From assembly GCA_964270895.1 (NCBI GenBank), contig OZ185435.1: 64,000 nt of DNA, one strand, 5' to 3'. Position numbers and translations under genes: made by a program. Every line of letters begins with the position of its first letter. The first letter of the stretch is position 1. The DNA is from Podarcis filfolensis (lineage: Eukaryota). Of this stretch, positions 1 through 12,917 are shown piece by piece. The notes under the pieces were generated by a model that saw only the letters and a program-made list of their open reading frames with translations, searched no databases and was not told the DNA's origin.

Positions 1-1112
1 GGAGGCTGGATAGCACCCTCTATGAATCCTAGCATGCAGGTGACTAGAAAAACACAGTTCCATCATTACATTTTATAGTTACATTTAATAAAACATAACA
101 TTTTAGTTTGATCTGTTTGCTCACTTTCCTTCCTTTGCTGAAGAGGTTTTTTGGAATGTTCCACTTTCTCTAGTAAAACACTGAATTCCATGAGGTTTCA
201 TACTGGTCTGCTCCATACTACAGAACAAGAATTGTTTATTCACCATAGTATTGAATGCAGGACCTTCATCCAAATAAAATATGGGCACAAATGCTTCTCA
301 TTTGGCCCTCAGCCGTGCTGATGTTTCAAGTAATAAATTACAGGGAAAATTGGGTTAATAAACCCTAGCCCTCCAAAAGTATTTTCCTTTCATATGTTCA
401 TAAATACCAATGGTTACTGTACAAGCATGTGTCATAGTACTTTGGTAAAATTGCAGCTCTGTATCTATACTGAAACTTCATTGGAACTATAAGTCATAGC
501 AGCTGAAGCAACAAAATACTTCATCATGGCTCCTAGGTGCTTGCAAGAGGCCCCACACACCTGTCCCAAGTTTCCCTGCAATGGGTCCTCTCTCTTGAAA
601 GGTGTGCGACCATTTCTCCACTGAAAATCAAACTTACACTTTGAAATGTTTCCTATATCCCTCTATGGTCAGAAACAGCTAGCGGTAGCTATTATGTTCT
701 TGACGAATTTGATTTGAGATGTACATTTTTTGGATTCACCCTATTCTTGTGATTGTAGTTTGTTTTATACTGTTTTTAATGTATTTTAAATTGTGACTCA
801 CTCTACCACCTTCAGGGATGGTAATAAATTATGTTATTGCTGTTGTTGTTAATACTGCTGTATGCACATGGTCTTGTCAGCAGACAATCTGCAATTAACA
901 TATGTTGATGGTGAGAGGTTCCTCTACAAGATCCCATTGTCATTGGTATGCATATTCATTGACCATGCTCAGTCACCTAGTAAAAGGGGGGCACTGGCAG
1001 GTTTCACATCTAATAGCCCCTTTTTTGCAAATTATTACCCACATTCATCCTCAGTGATAGCATTTAACCAACTTCCAATGTAATGCTGACAAAGAAGAAT
1101 GCTATCCCCTGA

Positions 1113-1314
1113 CCTAAACATCAGGAATAACTTTCCAATAGTAAGAGCTGCTTGACAGTGGAACAGAGCGCTGGTGGACTTTCCTTCCTTGGAGGTTTTT
1201 AAGCAGAGGTTGGATGGCCATCTGTCATGGATGCTTTAGTTGAGATTCCTGCATTGCAGGGGGTCAGACTAAATGACCTTTGGGGTCACTTCCAACTCTA
1301 CAATTCTGTGATTC
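1113..1314 (+). mobile_element. CR1 LINE 3' end fragment
   Basis: Typical CR1 3' terminus (ggaggtttttaagcagaggttggatggccatctgtc...ttccaactctacaattctgtgattc) ending in the ATTCTRTG-type tail. Confidence 0.85.
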
Positions 1315-2477
1315 ACCTTGAATTAATGTATGTTAGCTATATACCCAAATGACAACAAACAACCATCATTTTTTCCCAGCTACAACAGGCAGTATCTGCT
1401 CCTGACTAGTAATCTGGTAGGACAAAACTGCCACAATGTTAAAGTCAACATTGGGATTCCTTGGCAAATTATGACAATCTACTCTGCATCTCAGCCTCAT
1501 TGATTTATGCGCATCATGGAGGTTGACCATTTATGAAGTCTGAAAGCAAGAAAGTAAAGACATCATGAAAAGCATTGTCTACCAACGGAGACAAACAGAT
1601 TGATTCAATGTCTATGTCCTATTAAGAGCCGTATAGTTCCTCAGCCTCAAGGAACTCCTTTGCAGACATAATTTCAAGAGCCTCTATTGATCAAACAGCT
1701 TGTCCACTGCCAATCATTCATTTTTAACTTGTTTAGTGATAGAACTGCCAGTCAGTTGTGCACAAATGAGCAATAACAAAAGTCTGACACACCAGTAGAT
1801 GGAAAGGAGAGAGGGAGCCACAGAGACAGAATAATTCATTGCTTTTTTAAAAAAAAAAAAGTAGAAGAATATCAGGAACAGATAACATATCCTACCATAT
1901 TAAATATAACCAATGTTCAAGCTACACAATAGAATAGTAATTTTAGAAATCAATACCCTCCCCCCACTCTGTATGGATAGAACTAATAATTGCTCTTTCC
2001 TGGCATTTTGGGAATTTGCATTGTATTGTTCTGTCACTTCTCCTTTATAAATATTTAATTTAGACAAAGGATTCCTTTGTCTGTTTTCACCAAGGTGTTG
2101 TTAAGGAATTCTTGAAATACACAGAAAAAAATATATTTCCCCACAGATCTTTTATTGTAGTAAAAAGTATTGCTAGAAAGGCCACCCTCCTTTTTTTAAT
2201 GTATACACACAACTTCCTTTTTGATACAGTCAACAAAGTAATTTATATTTTGTTTCACAAATGGGAAACTATATGCAACCCCTATTAATTCAAGATGCCT
2301 GGGGAACAGCCAAAACAACTGGAAAACCTAAAACTCACATAAAAAGAGTGTGATTAATATATCCTTATATACCCAAGCTTCAATTCTCCTACGTCTTGTG
2401 AATAAACAGCAGAATTAAACACATGCAAAAATATAATTTTAAGTGGTCAGCAACTGGTGGAACATGGGGCCACATGC

Positions 2478-2688
2478 TTTTAAGTTTCATGGGGGATAAG
2501 GCTATCAATAGCTACTAATCATTATGCTTATATACTACTTCCAGAATCAAAGGTACCTTACTTCTGAATACCAGTTGTTGTTGTTGTAGAACAACAGTGG
2601 GAAAGGCCTATTGCACTCAAGTCCTGCTTATGGGCTTCCCATGGGCATCTGGTTGGTCACTGAGGGCAATAGGATGCTGAAGTTGACC
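2478..2688 (+). mobile_element. CR1 LINE 3' fragment (second subfamily)
   Basis: gcttcccatgggcatctggttggtcactg...aggatgctg; same family as the minus-strand copies at 4725, 11255 and 15347. Confidence 0.7.
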
Positions 2689-2798
2689 GTCAAGACTGAG
2701 CAGGCAACCAGGTCACAGGCTTCCCCACTATGGCGAGGTGTACTATATTTCTACTGAAAGTATAACTGTTATTTCCAAATTTGTATGTCTAAATTAGA

Positions 2799-2935
2799 CA
2801 TAGGGTTTCCCAAACTTGGGTCTCCAGCTGTTGCTGAACTACAACTTCCATCATCCCTAGTTAGAAGAACCAGTGGTTGGGGTGATGGGAACTGTAGTCC
2901 AAAAACAGCTGGATACCCAACTTTGTGATACCCTG
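2799..2935. mobile_element. Palindromic hAT-like MITE (actacaactcccatcatcc family)
   Basis: Ends agggtttcccaaacttggg / cccaactttgtgataccctg; internal inverted arms cagctg..gaactacaacttccatcatccc / gggtgatgggaactgtagtcc..cagctg. Confidence 0.75.
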
Positions 2936-3264
2936 AATTTAGAGCATGTCAATTTTACAGAAATCTGTGCTGCTTCAGTCCTCTTTTTATTATTCATTTT
3001 CTCTCTTTTTTGCCATACATAAGATATCACCTTACTGCCAGGTAGAGCTGGATAACAGGGATCTTGAGGGCCCTCCTAGTACTGCACAGAGGGAACCCAG
3101 AACAACACTAAACAGCAGCTCTTGCAGGTGAGTTTCTAGCTAAGGCCAACAGGGGAGAATGCAGGGTGAATGTGACTCTCAGACTGGCAAATCAGAAGGC
3201 AGATAAACTACTTATTTATTTTTTAAGAGTGACACAGTCATTATGTAAGCCTAATGGAAAGTTA

Positions 3265-3495
3265 ATGGGTGGTGGCTGTAGCTCATAGAGCAAGTGCCTT
3301 GCATCTACAAGCTCCTTGGCATTTCCATTTTAGACAAAAGGATCGGTATGGAAAAGGCCTCTGCCAGGGACCTTGGAAAGTCGCTAGGAAGGGCCTATCA
3401 GCATTCAGTAGTAGAGCACATGCTTTGCATACAGGTTCAAAGTCCCAGATTGAATCCTTGAATCTCCAGTTAAAAGGGTCAGGTGACAGTGATGG
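3265..3495 (+). mobile_element. Two adjacent degenerate tRNA-derived squamate SINE heads (Squam3-like)
   Basis: A-box-like gctgtagctcatagagc and cagtagtagagcacatgctttgcat, B-box-like cccagattgaatcc; resembles copies at 12247 and 28912. Confidence 0.55.
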
Positions 3496-4724
3496 AACTT
3501 TACAGTTGTTTGAGTCATAAATTAATGTAGCTAGAACACCATCTGGTCAGCTTGTGATGGATACTTCTTAGCTTTTCTAGACTGAGGGACAAATTGCTTG
3601 GAGGCTTGAGAGCTCTCACATGTTCTTTAGATCCTTACACTTCCCTCATAAAGCAGTCAAAGGTGGGCAATCAACTTGATTCTTAGGTGTGGTTAATGTT
3701 TCCTTGAGAGAAAGTAAGGTCCTGCTGTCTTGAAAGAAGTAGTGGTTCTAATTCTCTTAAAAATTTAGGTCCAGCTCATGTGAGCCATTATTTCCCAGTA
3801 TACAATGCACCACTTTTTAAAATAAGGTGCTGGAAAAGATGGAATTATAGGTAATACTCAATACCTGGATCCATTTCAGTCCAGTTTCTGGCCTAGCTAT
3901 GGGATAGAAACTGCCTTGGTCACCCTGGTGGTGGATGACCAGGATCAGAAAAGAGAGAGGGAGGAGATTGCAATCCTGTTGATTCTTCTAGATATATCTG
4001 TGACTTTCAATATCACTGGCCGTGGAGAATGTTACATTTATGTAGAATTTCAGAGTGCTCTATTCGTGACTATGTGTAACAGAGCCACATTACCAAAAAG
4101 GCAGAGCAGGCACCAGCCTATGAGCCCCATGCCTTTTAGGAGCACCACCTCTTGGTTATTAAAATTGTTGGCTGGTAAAATAAAAAACTTATCAGGAGAT
4201 ACGTTTGAAAGGGTGGGGAGAGATTTCAACTGCCATGGGGCCTCCCCAGGGTTTAATCTGGCACTGATGAGTAAGCAGCAGACTATAAATTATGCTGAGA
4301 ATATATCCTGGACCAGAATGGCAACTCTGTACTGAAAGAATCAGTGAGTGGATTAATCTACAACAACAAAATGTACTTCAGATGGGCTCATTGAGGAGAT
4401 ACAAGGAAGCTGTTTGTTGCTACACCTTCTTGGTCTTTTCATCATCCTCTAGGGAATGGCCAGCTAGCAGATGTGACTCCAAAAGTAATTTTATCTGGTC
4501 TCTCCCAAACTTTAATCAAGGGTCTGATAAAATGTTTCACTTGTAAGGGGGGGGGTTTCCTTCTTTCCAGAGTTTCACTCAGAAGGAAAAGAATCGGATT
4601 TTCAAATTGTGCAAATTAAATATATTCCATGCTGCACTGTTATGTCCCTAATTCTGTATTTCACATATGTCAATGTACATACTTGTTTGAGTTTTTACTG
4701 TGCCAGAGTGCACGTGCTCCATAA

Positions 4725-5210
4725 ATTAAGAGCATAAAAAGAAGACTGGTGGATCAGACCAAAGGCCCATCAAGTCCAGCATCATGTTCCCTGTTGCCAA
4801 CCAGATGTCTACAGGAAGTCCACAACAGCACTCCCACTCCCACTTGTACACTGGTATTCTTAGGCACTGCTTCTGATACCAGAGGCTATAGACAGCCATC
4901 ATGACTATTAGCCAATTATAGCTTGATCCTGCATGACTTTGTCTAATCCGACTTTAAAGCTGTCCAAGTTCTTGGCCATTACTACACCTTGTGGTAGCAA
5001 ACTCCACATTGCTATGTGAACCATGTATTGTGTGAAAAAGTTCCTTTGTGCCTGTCCTGAATTTTCCACCATTCAGTTTTACTGGGTGGCTGGGTTCTAT
5101 TATTATGAGAGATGAAGGAAAACTTTCCTCTGTCCACTTTCACCACTGGGAAACCTTCTGTTAGAAGCCTTCTTAAAGTAAGACCAGCAAATCTGTACTT
5201 GCTTTGATCC
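4725..5210 (-). mobile_element. CR1 LINE 3' fragment including ORF2 C-terminus
   Basis: Reverse-complement CR1 tail (aagagcataaaaagaagactggtggatcagaccaaaggcccatc); minus translation FSFISHNNRTQ...KIQDRHKGTFSHN resembles the degenerate CR1 ORF2 C-terminus. Confidence 0.8.
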
Positions 5211-8200
5211 TGCAAGCTGCTGCCACCTCTCACTTTCCTTGCCCCAAAGTCCATAAACTTATCTTCGGAACAGGTAAAAAGTGGCGGAAGATGCAGTGGC
5301 AAGCACTTCGAAGGCCCAATAAAACATCTCCCCCCCCACCCCAGTGACTTGGACTACAAAACCAGGATTCCCAGCAGGAAAAGATGTTCTGATGGGGCTT
5401 GGGACTACCTGCCAGTTCAGCTTTCTCCCAGCTCAAAGTTAAGTTTCTGCAGCTTGGAGCAGAGGAAGGGGGAGGAAGAGGTTGTGGTGGGCACTTCATG
5501 GGCACCCTTGGACCTTTGCAAGCATCTGATATGAGCACTTACAAAAGTGCATTTTGGGGGAGGAGTAGGATGCTTGTGCATCTCCAAGAGCAACATATCC
5601 TTCCATCCCTCAGAGCACTATCTGGAGAACAAGGTGGTCCCTGATCATGAAAGAGTTGGCAAACTATAACAAAGACTTCAGGGAAAGACTTAAAAAACTA
5701 ACTATGGTGCTATAGAGCAATGACCCACAGTCCTTTCTAATTGCACCAGTGGAAATTTTCAGTGCAGAGCTTATTGTTTCTGGATTAAAACACAGCATTT
5801 GGTTGTTTATGAATGCTATCTGTACTAGAGTTACTTCCTTGAATACTATGTTGACTGCTAGCATCTCCTCCCCCTTCCATTTTCTGGTATCTATTAACAC
5901 TGAGAACAGCAACTCTAAGCACTCAGAACACAAGCATACACAAAGCAAAGAGCCAACAGAACAAGAAGTCTCCCTAGATAAATGGATTTCTTTCCAATAA
6001 GAAGAGATTTGATTTTGCCATGCTTGGGCCCACAGCCAAATGCCTAGTTCTGTCTTTCACACTCACTCGCTCTTGTTCATAATTCTTTGTATTAATTTAA
6101 AAGTCTGCCTGTTAACTTATCATTACAAACAAATGACACTTTTTGCATCTATGAATTAATAACAAATTCTTGTGTGAAACTAAATCATAGCATGTACAAA
6201 AGTGCAATGGAAGGAGAAGCTTCTCAAACATCAATGGATATGAATGCCAAGAAACCTTCCAGGAAATCCATGGGGCACCTAAACAGGATTATAATCAAGA
6301 TTATTTTGGTATAGAATTTCTGGCAGAGCAGTCAGAAAAGGAAACATCTGATCAGAACATTATTTTTAGTAGCATTTCTTGCAGTAGAAGTGTCACTGAG
6401 TAGTTACCTAAACACACACTCAGAAATAACTTTTGAATAAAAAGCCAACAGTCTGTAGAAATAAAGGAATGGAGTGGGGGGTGGCTGGGCTGGAGAAAAT
6501 TGTTTTAATAGCGTCCATTAAACCATGCACAGCCCAAAGGCACTTGCACACCAGAGGGCTATGAGAAATCTATAATTGCTTTGCTTGTAGCCTTCTTAAG
6601 GTATCAACAGGCAAATATCCATCAGCACCGTGTGGCTCCTGAGATATACACACAGCCAGACCTTATTATACTTATCCTCTGAGATCAAAGCATATTCACA
6701 TAAATGGGGTGCAGCCTTCCATGGAGGGCAGCCAGGGGGCCTGTCATGGATCTGCAGGAATAAACTTCTTGAAAAGTTTGGGCGATGATGCGATTGTTCT
6801 GCTGTGGCTGGAGGAACACTCCGCGTGACTGATGATCAGGGCTGAACCAAAGCAGGAGAGAGAGGCAGCTGGAAAAGCAAAGCAGCTGTAGTTGCAGGAG
6901 TAAAAAACAGCCTCAGTCTGGAAGGGTCAAGCCTCCATCTAAAGGGAGCATTTAATCCTTTACTATCCTTAATTAAGGCTCTGCCAAGTTGCCTGTAATT
7001 CTCCCCCTCCCCATGGAAGTTCTGCTAGTGGAATTGGAAAACACTGGAGGACTGTGAGGTGGGGGTTTTTTATTATACTTTCATCAGAGCTAAGAACAGA
7101 ATTTAAGACCAAACATATAGGGCTCTCCTGTGTACATGCAAGTTTCACAACCCCCCCTCCCCCATCATGCTCTCTTCTGATGTAGGCGCAGCTGCTTGTA
7201 TTCAAACTTCTGCTGTTATGTTAGTACCCTCCCCTGAAACCAGAGAGCAAACACCAATCCCCAGGACACTGAATTACATCGTGACATGCCCTCTAAAATC
7301 ACCTACTGAAAGTCTTTGCCTGGAAAGTTCACAGCAGAATAGCCTATACCTTGCTGAAAACCAAAAATCCACACCAGCGAGGTCTTCAAGGCACATATGA
7401 ATGAAAACACCCACAGCTACACACACAGGTTGGTTGGCTAACACAGTGCACAAGCGGAGCTAGGAGCCAAGGAGGGGGTTTATGCAAAGATTTCATCAGG
7501 GATAATCAAAGGGAGACACAAAGCACTAAGATGTGCAAACAAAAATAGGGATCTTGGTGCAATTTCAAACATGCCATCTCGACTAAAAGCACAGATTTGT
7601 TACCTGCAGAATAGGGAGGTGGAGAGGGGGGTCAAATAGGTTCCACAATAACTAATTATGGTCCCTGAATACTCTCCTCCCCACCCACGATCCTCACTCT
7701 CCTTATTCATCCAGCGAGGTAACATAGATTGAGGCAGCAGCTCAAAGATGGCTAATATCTAAGCCTCTGGCTCCATCGCCAGACCCAACCTGTACACCAG
7801 CCAAGCTTAAAAGGCGTATTTAAGAAGCCAGCATCTCTCCTAGTCTACACAACAGGCACACACCATCATTCAGCCCCTCGTTCGACTTAAGGCTGTAGGT
7901 TGGGGAAGATTTCGTGATGCTTTAAAGAGCCTGAAGTACAGCGGGCGATCTGGAGGGGTGTGTGCGTGTAGTGGATGGGTTGCAACCAAGCCTGCTCTCA
8001 GGTTTTCCAAAAGTGATCGAAGATCGCCCCGTTCCTGTGCGAAAAGCGAAACGCAGCATTGTGGGTTAAATGCTGTATAATACGGATGAGCCACTAGCCA
8101 TGAAGCCCAGGAAACTCAATATATATAGGTTTCATCCATATGGGATGAAACCAGCAGGACGGAGAGCGAAACATCAGTCTGCTTTGCCTCGTACAACGGA

Positions 8201-8719
8201 CTGACAGCCAACAGTTTGCCCCCTTCCCCCCTTCCAGATCCGTGGAAACAACCCAAAGCCCAGCGCACAAAAAGCATCGTTGTGCCTGGAGACGGCGGCT
8301 TCTCCCTCGAAAGTGTCTGTCTGTCGTGCCAGAGGAGCGGCGGGGGGAGGGCAGAGGGGGTTGGGATATACAGAGGAGACGATAAGTGGGTTTGGTTTGT
8401 GGTGGTGGGTTTTTATTTTTGTCCAATAATTACTGGTGTGGGGGAACAATGTAGGGCGGAAGACGAGGCAATAAATCCGGGGGGGGAATCAATTTGGGAT
8501 CCCTTTCCATAGGGGAGCCCTCCCCCCAAAAAAATACCCTCCCCCTGCTTCCCTCAAAACAAAGGGAATCCAACATCACACGCTCCGCAACGTAAACCAT
8601 CACCCGAGATATAAACACACCACACACATCACCAAATCTCGCCTCCAGGTCTCGCCGGGGCGCTGGCAGCCCAGCCTGTCTCCCCAACCAGCCGCCGCCG
8701 CCGCCCCTCTGCTCTTTAC

Positions 8720-8792
8720 CTGTTCGGAAAAAGGCATCCACCTCGGAATCGGGAACTGCCCCTTCCTCCGCTGCCCCCTCGGCGGGGTTCAT
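8720..8792 (-). CDS. KALRN: Kalirin (RhoGEF kinase) first coding exon, acidic 'exon 1B'-type N-terminus; rest of gene lies beyond position 1
   Basis: ATG at 8792-8790 gives MNPAEGAAEEGAVPDSEVDAFFRT plus one G, then donor G|GTAAAG (73 nt, phase 1). Matches the recalled mammalian Kalirin N-terminus MNPPEGA(A/S)EEGGAADSDVDAFFRT-GSFRNDG. Head-to-head with ROPN1 as in mammals. Confidence 0.93.
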
Positions 8793-8823
8793 GGCTGGGC
8801 TCGGGGAGGAGAAGCAGGGGGCT

Positions 8824-8859
8824 CAGCAGCAGCAGCAGGCACGGCAGCAGCAGCAGCAA
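8824..8859 (-). repeat. Interrupted trinucleotide repeat (CAG)5 GCACGG (CAG)4 CAA; (CTG)n on the KALRN sense strand
   Basis: Read directly, 32-67 nt upstream of the KALRN ATG. Confidence 0.95.
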
Positions 8860-8877
8860 CGATCCCGGCGGCTGGGT

Positions 8878-9026
8878 NNNNNNNNNNNNNNNNNNNNNNN
8901 NNNNNNNNNNNNNNNNNNNNNNNNNNNNNNNNNNNNNNNNNNNNNNNNNNNNNNNNNNNNNNNNNNNNNNNNNNNNNNNNNNNNNNNNNNNNNNNNNNNN
9001 NNNNNNNNNNNNNNNNNNNNNNNNNN
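8878..9026. other. Assembly gap (149 N)
   Basis: Run of n. Confidence 1.
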
Positions 9027-9280
9027 AGAGAAAGCAGGGAGGGGAGGGATGGAGGAGCCTTCAGCAGCAACCAGCCCGGGCGAGCCCCATCCCTGCCAGG
9101 GGGTCTGCTGGGATCTTCGGCTACTCCTGCCTGTCCTCGGGGGGGGGGTCCCCGCCTCCTCCGCCTCTTCTTCTTACCCCAAAGGCGTGTACACACACAC
9201 ATGCACACACACACACCAGTAGCGCCTCACGCTGCGCCCGCCCCCTCTCCTCTCTATTGTTCAGACCTGCTCTCTGATCG

Positions 9281-9285
<5 letters not shown>

Positions 9286-9339
<54 letters not shown>
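9286..9339. repeat. (TC)27 microsatellite
   Basis: Read directly. Confidence 0.97.
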
Positions 9340-9341
<2 letters not shown>

Positions 9342-11254
9342 CCACCCACCACCACCTCCTCCTCCTCCTCAGCTTTTGCCGGCGATCCCCCTCCTCCTAT
9401 TTGTTCCACGCGTGATACTCTCCCCCACCCACCCACCCACCCAGCCAAACAAACAAAAACCCACCCACCCGAGGTAGGGATATACACAGAGATGACAGCT
9501 CAGTTTTCCCCGGGCGCCACCGCTACCACCCACCCGTCCCCCCGCACGACAACACCCCCATCTCTTTTTTTAATCCTCATTGTTGCAAAGCAGCTTTGGC
9601 AGGACTTCCTGAAAGGAGGCAGGAAAAGCTGGGAGGCGACGAGCCGCGTAAAGGGAAAGAGAGGGTCGCGTGCGCTTGAGGGAGAGGGGAAGTGCCCTGG
9701 GCGAAGATCAAAGGGGCTTCCTCTCTCTCTTCCCCTCGCCTCAATCCCCTTAGTTCGCTCGGGCCACCTTCCCTGTCATCGCAGCCTGCCTTCCCTTCTC
9801 TTTCTTTCTTTAGCCCACCTAAGCTCCTCTCCCCCTCCCCACCCTTTCCATCCTCTGATGATTCACCTCCGCTTGCCCTCTCATTATAGAAGCAGCAATT
9901 AAAATCCTTTCCTACTTAACCGGAAGAGTAACAAGCAAACAAGAGGGTGTAGGAGCTGGGCAACGTTCAGGTGTGCAAGGAAATGCACGGTGGGCAGCCA
10001 GGGAGAGCGACGGGAGGGGGTGTCTAGCTAAGAAAAGGGCAGGGAACTGGCTCCTGTTGAATTTCAGAGAGCGAGAGGTGGAGGGAGGCGGCAGGAGAGC
10101 GGCTCCACAGACGTCACTTTGGTAATTGTTGCAGACTGTTGTATCAGTTGGTTTCCAAACAATAATTAGGGGGCTTGACAGTTTCCAGAATAGGACCTGA
10201 AGTTCCATTTCTAAAGATGCCCGCAAAGGTTTGTGTGAGAGAGGAAGTGGAAAGAGAAAGGGAGAGAAAATACCATGTTTCCAACAAGTCACTCCCCCCC
10301 CCAAAGGATACTTCCAAGGTAGCAGCTTTGCAGCTTAGAATTCATAAGAAGAGCTGCCTGTGGCATCAACACTCTGCATCACTTGTTCTGCCCATTTCCA
10401 CTCACTTCCTTCCCTTTCTATATCAAGTGAGTGAATTTCTGCCTCCTAAAGGCTCCCAAGATGATGCGTTTAGACAGTGGAGATCAATATTTTTATGAGG
10501 GTGGGGGAAAGTGCCTCTGTAGCTCAGCCAGGCCAGGATTACATGATGGAAGCACTTGGAAGTATAAGTGCTATGTCCCAAAAGACTCCATATAAGTACT
10601 AGTTGGAAAGATACATACATATTTACGCAGGATGGAGTGACACTGGATAGTGTAACATCATAACAGACTCTGGTTTTCCTGTGTTTTATGCTAATCTTGC
10701 TCCGTTCACGTCAGTAACGTGTGCCATTGTAAAAAATCTACTGTTAGATTTCTATAGCACTTGGATACCTTCAGGGGTTGTCAGGTATTTGTACCCAGGT
10801 GGAGCATCTAACAGTATTTATTACAATGGCTTCAGAAGTATAAGACCCACCCCCACAAAAATATTTAGACATCACAGAAAGGTTTAGAGGTTGTGAGATG
10901 GGATCAAACATTTCCTTCTTGCAGCAGTATCCAAACTGCTTTGTACTATTTAGTAACAGTTGGCCTGGCTGTAGAGTTGGACACACCTTTCATATCTCAA
11001 AAACTGTTGTCTGGAGAAGAGAATCCAACCAGTGGTTGGTAGCATGACTGGCTGTTGTGGAGAACCATTGTAAAGACATGATCAAAAGACAAGACTGGGG
11101 TGATATACCCCCTCTAAACTACCCCCTTCCCTCCTCCCTCTGTTGAAATCGAGAATGTAAGCTGCTGGTGAGCAAGGGACTGGCTAATTTTGCTTATGCT
11201 ACTATGTAAAGTGCTATGTACATAGATGCTGCTGAGCGATAAATTAGAGGTAAT

Positions 11255-11378
11255 TAAGAATGTAGGAATAACCTTGCTGGAACAGACCAAAGGCTCATCT
11301 AGTGCAGCTTTTTGCTGCAACCAGACGCCTATTGGAAGAAAGACCACAAGCAGTACATGTGTGCAACAGCACTCTCCC
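11255..11378 (-). mobile_element. CR1 3' end fragment
   Basis: aagaatgtaggaataaccttgctggaacagaccaaaggctcatctagt...caaccagacgcc, reverse-complement CR1 tail. Confidence 0.7.
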
Positions 11379-11504
11379 TAATAAATAAATAGCCTTCCCC
11401 AATAAATGCTCCCCGCCTCTTAATTAGCATATTCTGAATTCTCATAAAAGCTCCCCCCCCACTACATTTGCCTTATGAGAACAAGATTTACAGTCAGAAG
11501 GTAT

Positions 11505-11570
11505 AAGCTTATGTCATAATAAATTTTAGTCTTTCAGGCACCACAAGACTGTTAGTTTTCCAACTTCCAG
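11505..11570 (+). mobile_element. Penelope-like element terminal fragment
   Basis: aagcttatgtcataataaattttagtctttcaggcaccacaagact, similar to the copies at 21394 and 35184. Confidence 0.55.
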
Positions 11571-11659
11571 TCGTTGCTTCTTTTGCCATGTGTACCTGTG
11601 TCACCTCCAATGTGAACAACATCCTAATTCTAGTCTCTGTCATGTTCCTGGCCTGCTTA

Positions 11660-12060
11660 ACATAGCTAGCTCCATACACTATGCCCAATCTCCCAAGCTC
11701 TCCAGTCAAGCCTGCTCCAGGTACCAGGAGAACTGAGCTTTGGTGGGTGAATGCAAGGGGCAGGGCCTTCCCAATTATGGCAGCAACACTGTGGAATGCC
11801 CTCCCCAGGGAAGTCCACCTCGCTACATCTTTGTGTACTTTTCATCACTTTGTCAAGTTGTGGTTCTTCTAGGGAGCACTTTGGAGGACAATGGCAATTA
11901 TAAGACTTTCCTTCAGCAGCAGTGATAGAAAATAACAAATCAGCCCGACTTTTTATTATTGCTTTTTAAAAATGAGTTTTGTTGCATTTTTGTATTATGA
12001 ACTTGCATTTATTATTTTATTGCAAGTCACTTTGAGTTCTTACAGGAAAAGAAGAAGATT
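11660..12060 (+). mobile_element. L2 LINE 3' fragment
   Basis: Translation GRAFPIMAATLWNALPREVHLATSLCTF matches the L2 ORF2 C-terminal motif (RAFSxxAPxLWNxLP), followed by a T-rich 3' UTR. Confidence 0.75.
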
Positions 12061-12246
12061 GAAATAAATAGATAAGCAAGAATTCCACAATAACAATCAG
12101 CTTTGGTTGATCTTCCTGATTCGGCAGTACAGCCTGAGAGGCTATGCTGCACTGACATTTGCCTGGTTATACTCCAGGAATATCTGAGGCTGCCGGTGGG
12201 CTCCAGTCATTGCAAAATCTGCCCCTGAGCACAAAGGCCTCACTTC

Positions 12247-12447
12247 AGAGCCATGGTTTATTGGTAGAGCACATGCTTTGAATGCAGATGATCCCATATT
12301 CAATTCCTGACATTTCTAATTTAAATAAAAGGATTGGCTAGTAGGTGACAGGAAAGACCTTTACTTGGACCACTGTCAATCAGAGTGGTCCATCCTAGAC
12401 AGACAAACGATAGTCTGATCTGGTATGACAGCATATTTACTGATCCT
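12247..12447 (+). mobile_element. tRNA-derived squamate SINE (Squam3-like), degenerate
   Basis: tggtagagcacatgctttgaatgcagatgatcccatattcaattcctgacat head plus body ending in ctgatcct. Confidence 0.65.
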
Positions 12448-12917
12448 AAACATTTCTATATAAACAGGTGTGCCTTCAGAAGGATCTTCACTCACCACTT
12501 GCAGAGGGAGCAAACACAGCAAAGAAAGACACTGTGAACTGTAAAGGTGCCATCCAGGAAAGGCATAATAGGCAGCATCCTTCACCATATTTCAAGCAAC
12601 ATGCTTTTATTCATTTGAAACACATGCATTTCCTGTTATGATTAAGTATAAATTAAAAATTAAAAACCTTAAACAATTACCTTAAAATTAAGGTGCCTCT
12701 CAATGTTCATGGGTGAACATTTTTTTGCACAGCAGGAGACTTTGGCAAGAACAATAAAAAGATCCCCAAATTTCCTGCCTGACAGACCCCTCCCAAAATT
12801 TTACCTTATTGGCATCAGTTCATCCACATTGTTCACTACCTGTTTCAATTATTATTATTTTTTAAAAAGTGTCTTCCCCCTGACCCCAGCTTTATTATTC
12901 CCCAAAATGCAATCCAG

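Larger units (their letters stand above)
8200..9800 (-). promoter_or_regulatory. KALRN: CpG island / promoter region of the KALRN first exon
   Basis: Strongly GC- and CpG-rich relative to flanks; surrounds the KALRN start codon; contains an assembly gap and microsatellites. Confidence 0.8.

Noticed and set aside
862-1083. ORF beginning MHMVLS, reminiscent of a short Kalirin alternative leader
   Set aside because: Wrong strand for KALRN and no suitable donor; coincidence.
7604-7725. Possible extra KALRN first exon on the minus strand (donor CAG|GTAAC)
   Set aside because: The required phase-1 frame has a TGA shortly upstream with no intervening ATG.
8430-8719. Remainder of the 120-aa ORF 8430-8792
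   Set aside because: Read-through into the intron past the KALRN donor.
8791-9222. Antisense polyQ ORF sharing the CATG with the KALRN start
   Set aside because: By-product of the CAG repeat and GC richness; spans the N gap; no purine at -3; no evidence of expression.
9121-9902. Long ORFs with SL/ER dipeptide runs
   Set aside because: Translations of the (TC)n microsatellite and low-complexity promoter DNA.
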